Below are positions 58,613-64,000 of a DNA stretch of 64,000 nt, piece by piece (positions within the stretch are counted from its first letter, which is position 1; every line of letters begins with the position of its first letter). The DNA comes from an uncultured Candidatus Sumerlaeota bacterium (GTDB taxonomy: Bacteria > Sumerlaeota > Sumerlaeia > MWCT01 > JAGHBZ01), in contig CAZSMK010000044.1 in assembly GCA_964608095.1 (NCBI GenBank), forward strand, positions 1-64,000, given 5' to 3'. The notes beneath the pieces are model-generated. The model was given only the letters and a program-made list of their open reading frames with translations. It had not been told where the DNA came from and made no database searches. Made by a program: the position numbers and the translations under genes.

Positions 58613-59953
58613 TTATTCGGGCGGTGTACTCTCAACGTGCACCGTTTCTCGTTCCGGCTCCTCTTCGGGCCAGAATTTCTCTACCAGCTCAGTGGGAATT
58701 CCCGTTTCCGCTGGAGAGAAACATTCAGCAAGAATAGACCACCCGAGGTCCAGTGCATCTTCCAAAGCAATGGATACCTGCAGATCCATCATTTTCTTCT
58801 CAAACAAATCCGCATATTTAAGAAGCTTTTTGTCCCAGCTGCTCATCCGGAATCCCATTGCCTGTTTCTCCATGCTTTCCCGGGCTGATGCATAGAGCTG
58901 AATCATGGTGTTCATAATAGTCCGATGATCCTCCCGCGTCTTACGGTTGACGAGTTGTTTCAAACGACTCAGAGACCCGAACGGTTCGATCCGACCGTTT
59001 CGGAGATAGAATTGTCCTTCGGTTATATATCCTGTATTGTCGGGGACTGGATGGGTGACATCGTCGCCGGGCATGGTGGTCACGGCAAGGATAGTCAGCG
59101 AGCCCGCTCCCTCGAAATCTACCGCTTTCTCGTAGCGTGCCGCAAGTTGACTGTATAGATCGCCCGGGTACCCGCGGTTCGAGGGAACTTGTTCCATGGT
59201 GATGGCTATTTCTTTCAACGAGTCTGCAAAGTTGGTCATGTCGGTCAGCAGCACCAGTACATCTTTCCCCTGAAGGGCGAATTTCTCAGCAACCGAAAGG
59301 CAGGTATCGGGAACCAGCAGACATTCGACTGCGGGGTCCGCTGCGGTATGCACATACATAATCGAGCGAGTCAAGGTTCCCTGTTCCTGAAATGTATCGC
59401 GGAAATAGAGAAAATCATCATATTTCAATCCCATCCCACCCAGAATAATGATATCGACCTCAGCGTTCAACGCAATGCGTGCGAGCAGGGAATTATAAGG
59501 TTCTCCCGGAACAGAAAAAATCGGCAGTTTCTGTGATTTCACCAGGGTATTAAAAACATCAATCATCGGAATAGCGGTACGAATCATATCACGGGGTATG
59601 ATACGTTTTGCCGGATTAACCGTTGGACCGTATATTTCACTCAGGTTTTCACGTATGACAGGTTTATTGTCGCGCGGTCTGCTGTTGCCGTCGAACATGC
59701 GTCCAAGAAGCGATTCTGAAAAAGGTGTCTCGGTTCTGCGACCGAGGAAACGCACTCGCGAATCCGTCGACACCCCTCGTGTTCCCGCAAACATCAATAA
59801 CGATACCCGGTCTCCCTCGATCTGTATGACTCGCGCAAGCGATGCTCCCCTCTCAGTGGTGACTACGGCGAGTTCGCCATACTTGATGCCTTGCGCTACA
59901 ACCGTAATGACGCTTCCGGAAATTCTGCTTATTCTGAAATAAACCCTACGCAT
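58613..59953 (-). CDS. ntpB: V/A-type ATPase subunit B.
   Basis: [24 protein letters not shown]. Non-catalytic alpha/beta fold. Overlaps ntpA by 8 nt. Confidence 0.9.
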   Translation of the reverse strand: MRRVYFRISRISGSVITVVAQGIKYGELAVVTTERGASLARVIQIEGDRVSLLMFAGTRGVSTDSRVRFLGRRTETPFSESLLGRMFDGNSRPRDNKPVIRENLSEIYGPTVNPAKRIIPRDMIRTAIPMIDVFNTLVKSQKLPIFSVPGEPYNSLLARIALNAEVDIIILGGMGLKYDDFLYFRDTFQEQGTLTRSIMYVHTAADPAVECLLVPDTCLSVAEKFALQGKDVLVLLTDMTNFADSLKEIAITMEQVPSNRGYPGDLYSQLAARYEKAVDFEGAGSLTILAVTTMPGDDVTHPVPDNTGYITEGQFYLRNGRIEPFGSLSRLKQLVNRKTREDHRTIMNTMIQLYASARESMEKQAMGFRMSSWDKKLLKYADLFEKKMMDLQVSIALEDALDLGWSILAECFSPAETGIPTELVEKFWPEEEPERETVHVESTPPE

Positions 59954-61682
59954 TCTCGACTACCTCGACGAGTTTATGACGTAACTTCTCCTCGCTTTGT
60001 TTGAATTTTTCGTCGTCCATTGGTATGCGGTTCCAATCTTTCGTTGCCTGTGTCAATGTATGAAAGAAACTCCGGGCATTATCTTTGTTGTCGAACTTGA
60101 ATTTCGCCCTGAGCACATCGGCAATGAAGCAGAAGACATGGCGCTGCCGCTCCGCCGTTGTCGCTCCATCCACGGGGTCGAACGCATCCTGCTGCAGATA
60201 CACAGAATCAAGATATTCCGCTTTCAGGTACGTAACGAAATCTTCCATCGGCGTACCTTCTTCTTCAACCACCTTCATCATTTCCTGTACTTCGTGTCCA
60301 TCTCTCAAGGTTTTTCTTGCCATAGCGAGATCATCTTCGGGAAGTAAGCTGGGATACTTGCTCCAGCTTTCAAGAGGATCAATAGCGGGATAGCGACGCG
60401 CATCGGATCGTTCACGTGACAACCCATGAAATGCGCCAACGACTTTGAGTGTCGCCTGTGTAACAGGTTCCTCAAAGTCGCCGCCCGCCGGACTCACTGT
60501 GCCGCCGACCGTTACCGAGCCTATCGTGCCGTCATTCAACCGCACAATCCCGGCTCGTTCGTAAAAGGACGCGATTACGGACTCGAGGTAAGCGGGGAAT
60601 GCTTCCTCGCCGGGGATTTCTTCCATCCTGCCGGACATTTCTCGCATCGCCTGCGCCCAACGTGATGTCGAGTCAGCAAGGAGAAGAACGTTAAGCCCCA
60701 TTTGGCGGTAATATTCAGCAAGCGTGACCGCGGTATACACCGATGCATCGCGTGCCGCAACCGGCATTGAACTTGTATTACAGATTATGATCGTACGTTC
60801 CATGAGACTCCGACCAGTGCGGGGATCCGTCAGATTAGGGAATTCGCGAAGAGTCTCGACCACTTCACCGGCACGTTCACCGCACGCGGCAATGACCACC
60901 ACGTCTACCTCAGCATGACGGCTTGTCAATTGCTGAAGAACGGTTTTGCCCGCACCGAAAGGACCCGGAATACAATAGGTTCCACCACGTGCGATGGGAA
61001 AGAATGAATCCAGAATCCTTATCTTTGTAATGAGCTGTTTGCCGGGTCGCAAGCGCTCTGCATACGCCTTGATAGGAATTTTAACAGGCCATTCCTGCAC
61101 CATGGTTACCGGCTGCGTCCCTTCCGGTGTCTCGACCTGTGCTATTTCTTGTTCTATCGTATAGGAACCTTCAGGTGCCACTTTTACGAGTTTAACCCTC
61201 CTACTGAAAGTAAAAGGCACCATGATACGATGAGAAAAGATGCCTTCGGGAACAGTCCCGATGATGTCACCCGCCCTGAGCATATCACCCGGCTTGGCAA
61301 CAGGAGAAAAGTCCCATGTCGTCTTTCGAGAGAGGGCTTTTATATAGGTGCCGCGCTTGAGGAAAAACCCATACGCCTCGGCAAGTTGAGGAAGTGGATT
61401 CTGCAAACCGTCGAAGATCTGTCCGAGCAAGCCGGGGCCAAGTTCAACAGCGAGCAACTGACTTGTAAACTCCACCATGTCCCCCGCACCAACTCCCTGG
61501 GTATCTTCAAACACCTGAAGGTCTGCGTATTCGCCACGCACACGAATGACCTCGGATTTCAGCCGCACATCGCCCAGTACCACATAGGCAACTTCGTTTT
61601 GCCGGACGCTTCGGCTAAAATGTACAGTAACCATATTCCCATTTATTCCGACTATTCTACCTTCATGATGTTTTAAAATCAT
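59946..61682 (-). CDS. ntpA: V/A-type ATPase catalytic subunit A.
   Basis: Walker [10 protein letters not shown]. 578 aa with no intein. Confidence 0.9.
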   Translation of the reverse strand: MILKHHEGRIVGINGNMVTVHFSRSVRQNEVAYVVLGDVRLKSEVIRVRGEYADLQVFEDTQGVGAGDMVEFTSQLLAVELGPGLLGQIFDGLQNPLPQLAEAYGFFLKRGTYIKALSRKTTWDFSPVAKPGDMLRAGDIIGTVPEGIFSHRIMVPFTFSRRVKLVKVAPEGSYTIEQEIAQVETPEGTQPVTMVQEWPVKIPIKAYAERLRPGKQLITKIRILDSFFPIARGGTYCIPGPFGAGKTVLQQLTSRHAEVDVVVIAACGERAGEVVETLREFPNLTDPRTGRSLMERTIIICNTSSMPVAARDASVYTAVTLAEYYRQMGLNVLLLADSTSRWAQAMREMSGRMEEIPGEEAFPAYLESVIASFYERAGIVRLNDGTIGSVTVGGTVSPAGGDFEEPVTQATLKVVGAFHGLSRERSDARRYPAIDPLESWSKYPSLLPEDDLAMARKTLRDGHEVQEMMKVVEEEGTPMEDFVTYLKAEYLDSVYLQQDAFDPVDGATTAERQRHVFCFIADVLRAKFKFDNKDNARSFFHTLTQATKDWNRIPMDDEKFKQSEEKLRHKLVEVVENA

Positions 61683-62221
61683 TGCTCGACCACCTTATTC
61701 TGCAAATTCTCCTCGATGATGGTTTGTAATCTTTCCTTTCCGCGGTCGGCGTCGAGTTTCGACCAGCGATAGGCAATCTTCAACTTGATAATAAAACCGA
61801 GAATCGCAAAGGAACCAAAAGGACCGAAAAACAAAAGATTATCAAGTATCCACCAGCGTAAAAGGTCCAGTGCGCGTTCACGTTCAATCGGATTGTCGAG
61901 CGACATAGCATTATGCACCATGGTCTCGAGGTTGACATCATACCCCTGGAACTCACGAAGAAAAGGTTCAGATTCGGTCTTGCTGCGCCCTGCCCTTATG
62001 CGCGCCACTGTCGAACGTAACTGCGTATCACGGTACACATATTCTTTCACCAGTCTATTGCTGCATTGTTCCGGATGACCCGAGAGAATGAGTTGCGCAT
62101 CGCGTGTATCCTTTTCCGCCAGAAGATGCTCACACGCATTCAGAAACTCCTCTGGAGAAAAGGGAACCGGCTCGTCGAGAACGAGCATTGGCAGACTGGC
62201 AACAAGGTAATGGTACGACAC
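61679..62221 (-). CDS. DUF2764-like protein occupying the subunit-C position in Bacteroidetes/Chlamydia-type V-ATPase operons.
   Basis: 180-aa ORF between ntpE and ntpA, overlapping ntpA by 4 nt. Assignment rests on operon position and size. Confidence 0.55.
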   Translation of the reverse strand: MSYHYLVASLPMLVLDEPVPFSPEEFLNACEHLLAEKDTRDAQLILSGHPEQCSNRLVKEYVYRDTQLRSTVARIRAGRSKTESEPFLREFQGYDVNLETMVHNAMSLDNPIERERALDLLRWWILDNLLFFGPFGSFAILGFIIKLKIAYRWSKLDADRGKERLQTIIEENLQNKVVEQ

Positions 62222-62854
62222 TTACTTTTCGGCCTCCTCACCGCTGAGAATTCCGCGAAGGATTTGCTCGATTCGTGGCTGGAGGTAATTGCATATCTCT
62301 TCCATGATTGCGTCATCGGTAAAGTCGTGATAGAACTGTTGGTCTTTGAGGGCTATTCTAAATCCATGAGAAATTTGATCTGACGTATGGATGGTCATAC
62401 CTTCCTGCAAAAGATTGCGCAGGCGTTCCCTCACAAAACCAGCAAGCACGTTAGCGTCTGCTTCAGCAAGGTAAAGGTCTGACGGTTTTCCGCCCAGATT
62501 CTCTTCAAAATAGGATTTGCCTATCGTGATAAGAATTTCTTTGAGGACATCGGGAGTAAGACTTTGTTTGACCGTATCGCCGACGACTTCACGCAGCATT
62601 CGTTCAATACCACGTGCCACGGAGATGAGGACGTCTCTGCCGGCTTGTTCTATCTCTTTTTTGCTGCGTTCGCTGAATGACTCCGCTTCTTTTCGGGCGT
62701 TTTCTCGAATTTTTTCAGCCTCTGCTTCGGCGTCTCTTATGAGCTGATGCGCCTTCTCCTTTGCTTCTTTTATTATCCGCGCCGCCTCAGCCTCTGCTTT
62801 CTCTACGCCGTCTTTATGAATTGCTTCTATCAAATGCTTTAAATCTTCTGCCAT
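62222..62854 (-). CDS. ntpE: V/A-type ATPase subunit E.
   Basis: N-terminal coiled-coil EAIHKDGVEKAEAEAARIIKEAKEKAHQLIRDAEAEAEKI. First gene of the operon. Confidence 0.75.
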   Translation of the reverse strand: MAEDLKHLIEAIHKDGVEKAEAEAARIIKEAKEKAHQLIRDAEAEAEKIRENARKEAESFSERSKKEIEQAGRDVLISVARGIERMLREVVGDTVKQSLTPDVLKEILITIGKSYFEENLGGKPSDLYLAEADANVLAGFVRERLRNLLQEGMTIHTSDQISHGFRIALKDQQFYHDFTDDAIMEEICNYLQPRIEQILRGILSGEEAEK

Positions 62855-63104
62855 CTCTTCGCCCTTACCCTCTCTTTTTTATTAAAAGTCAAAAATGAAA
62901 AAAATTTGCCGCCCTGAAAAACCCTTGAGGATATCATGGAAAGTATATCATCAACATTACCCAAAAGTTAATTTTAAAACGTTTCATTCAGGATATTCTA
63001 TAAAAAAATTTCACAAAATCTTCAAACTTCCTCTTTTTCGGGTTTCCACAAAAAGTTGCGATGACCTTTTTGTCACCACTTGAAGATATTGAACTTCATG
63101 GCGC

Positions 63105-64000
63105 CTATTTTTTCCTTTCACGAAGTATTTCTGTGAGTGGATCAGGTATAGGATGAGGTTTTGATCTCTGCGTATAAATCCATTCATTCAGGTAATGCTC
63201 GCACTGCCCGACGATTTCGGGCTCATCGTTGCAAAGATTCTTTGTCTGATATGAATCGTCCACCATATTGTACAGCTCAAGGGGTTGAAAAGGATAGCCA
63301 AGGTTGTCGAATGTTCTGATCATCAGGTGGCTTTTGGTGCGAACCACGCGCTGGATTGTATAAAGCCCATGATCCCAGACAAGGTATTCACGTTCTGTAT
63401 GAGGTTTGCCACGCAACAGGTTGAGAAAGGAGAGACCATCCCAATCTTCGGGAGGGTGAATATTCAGCAATTCGCAAATCGTGGGTGCAAAATCCACGTT
63501 ATACAACAAAGCGTCGTTGGGAGAGCTGACAGGCTTGATTCCCGGAATCTTTATGATAAGGGGAATTCGATGTATACACTCGTCGGCACAAACATGATCG
63601 GAATAAATGCCATGTTCGCCGAACGCATCGCCATGATCGCCTGAAATGATAATCGCGCTGTCGTCAAGTAAACCCTGCCTGTCAAGCTCCTCCAATACCT
63701 GAGAAACATGATGATCCGTATAGGCAATGGCGGCGTCATAGCCGGTTATAAGATGTTCAAAGTCTTCCCGTGACGAAATGGAGCCGGGCATAAGTGGAAA
63801 CGGACTGATATTGTTCTCAAACTGCCCTTGTGCGGTGAACGGTCCGAGGATTGCCTGGTGCTTCTGAATGGTCTCTTCATCGGGAAAGTCCTGTTCAACA
63901 GGAATATCTTTAAACCGCTCAGCCCAAGAAGGAGACATCTTATAACAACGATGTACATCCCAATAGTTAACGTATAAGAATAAGTTCTCCTTTGCCGCGT
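63105..64000 (-). CDS. Sulfatase (arylsulfatase family), partial; N-terminus beyond window end.
   Basis: SGDHGDAFGEHG and AYTDHHVSQVLEELDRQGLLDDSAIIISGDHG. The frame stays open upstream of the track-called Met, to the window edge. Confidence 0.8.
   Translation of the reverse strand, partial: AAKENLFLYVNYWDVHRCYKMSPSWAERFKDIPVEQDFPDEETIQKHQAILGPFTAQGQFENNISPFPLMPGSISSREDFEHLITGYDAAIAYTDHHVSQVLEELDRQGLLDDSAIIISGDHGDAFGEHGIYSDHVCADECIHRIPLIIKIPGIKPVSSPNDALLYNVDFAPTICELLNIHPPEDWDGLSFLNLLRGKPHTEREYLVWDHGLYTIQRVVRTKSHLMIRTFDNLGYPFQPLELYNMVDDSYQTKNLCNDEPEIVGQCEHYLNEWIYTQRSKPHPIPDPLTEILRERKK

Overview
The window is about 50% GC and gene-dense, with no rRNA, tRNA or CRISPR array that I could recognise. 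It looks like an accessory, polysaccharide-degrading region of an uncultured bacterium, flanked and interspersed with housekeeping genes.

Most of the content is secreted multidomain enzymes joined by (Thr-Pro)n linkers:
- three paralogous GHL10 (PF02638-like) proteins;
- a GH20+GH10 fusion, GH27+NPCBM, a GH39-like protein, GH43 and GH9;
- an M6-like metalloprotease, a sulfatase and a GDPD+SGNH esterase.

Other content:
- a family-1 encapsulin with an EncFtn cargo;
- a 7-gene V/A-type ATPase operon in the Bacteroidetes/Chlamydia-type order E-DUF2764-A-B-D-I-K;
- mscL, rsgA, an Fe-ADH, an AKR/4Fe-4S oxidoreductase, a CN-hydrolase, DUF488, a GNAT and a PQQ sugar dehydrogenase.

The most interesting signal is an unrecognised C-terminal protein module of about 160 aa. 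It occurs as an ordered A-B tandem pair at the extreme C-terminus of four unrelated secreted proteins (the M6 protease, a GHL10 hydrolase, a YVTN beta-propeller and a beta-helix remnant), with two visibly decaying copies. It looks like a shuffled, lineage-specific surface-anchoring or glycan-binding cassette.

A second family of about 30-nt hairpin (REP-like) DNA elements sits on or overlaps the 3' ends and stop codons of at least six genes and donates C-terminal codons to two of them.

Calls are by eye from motifs. Coordinates of domain boundaries are approximate (about 10 nt).
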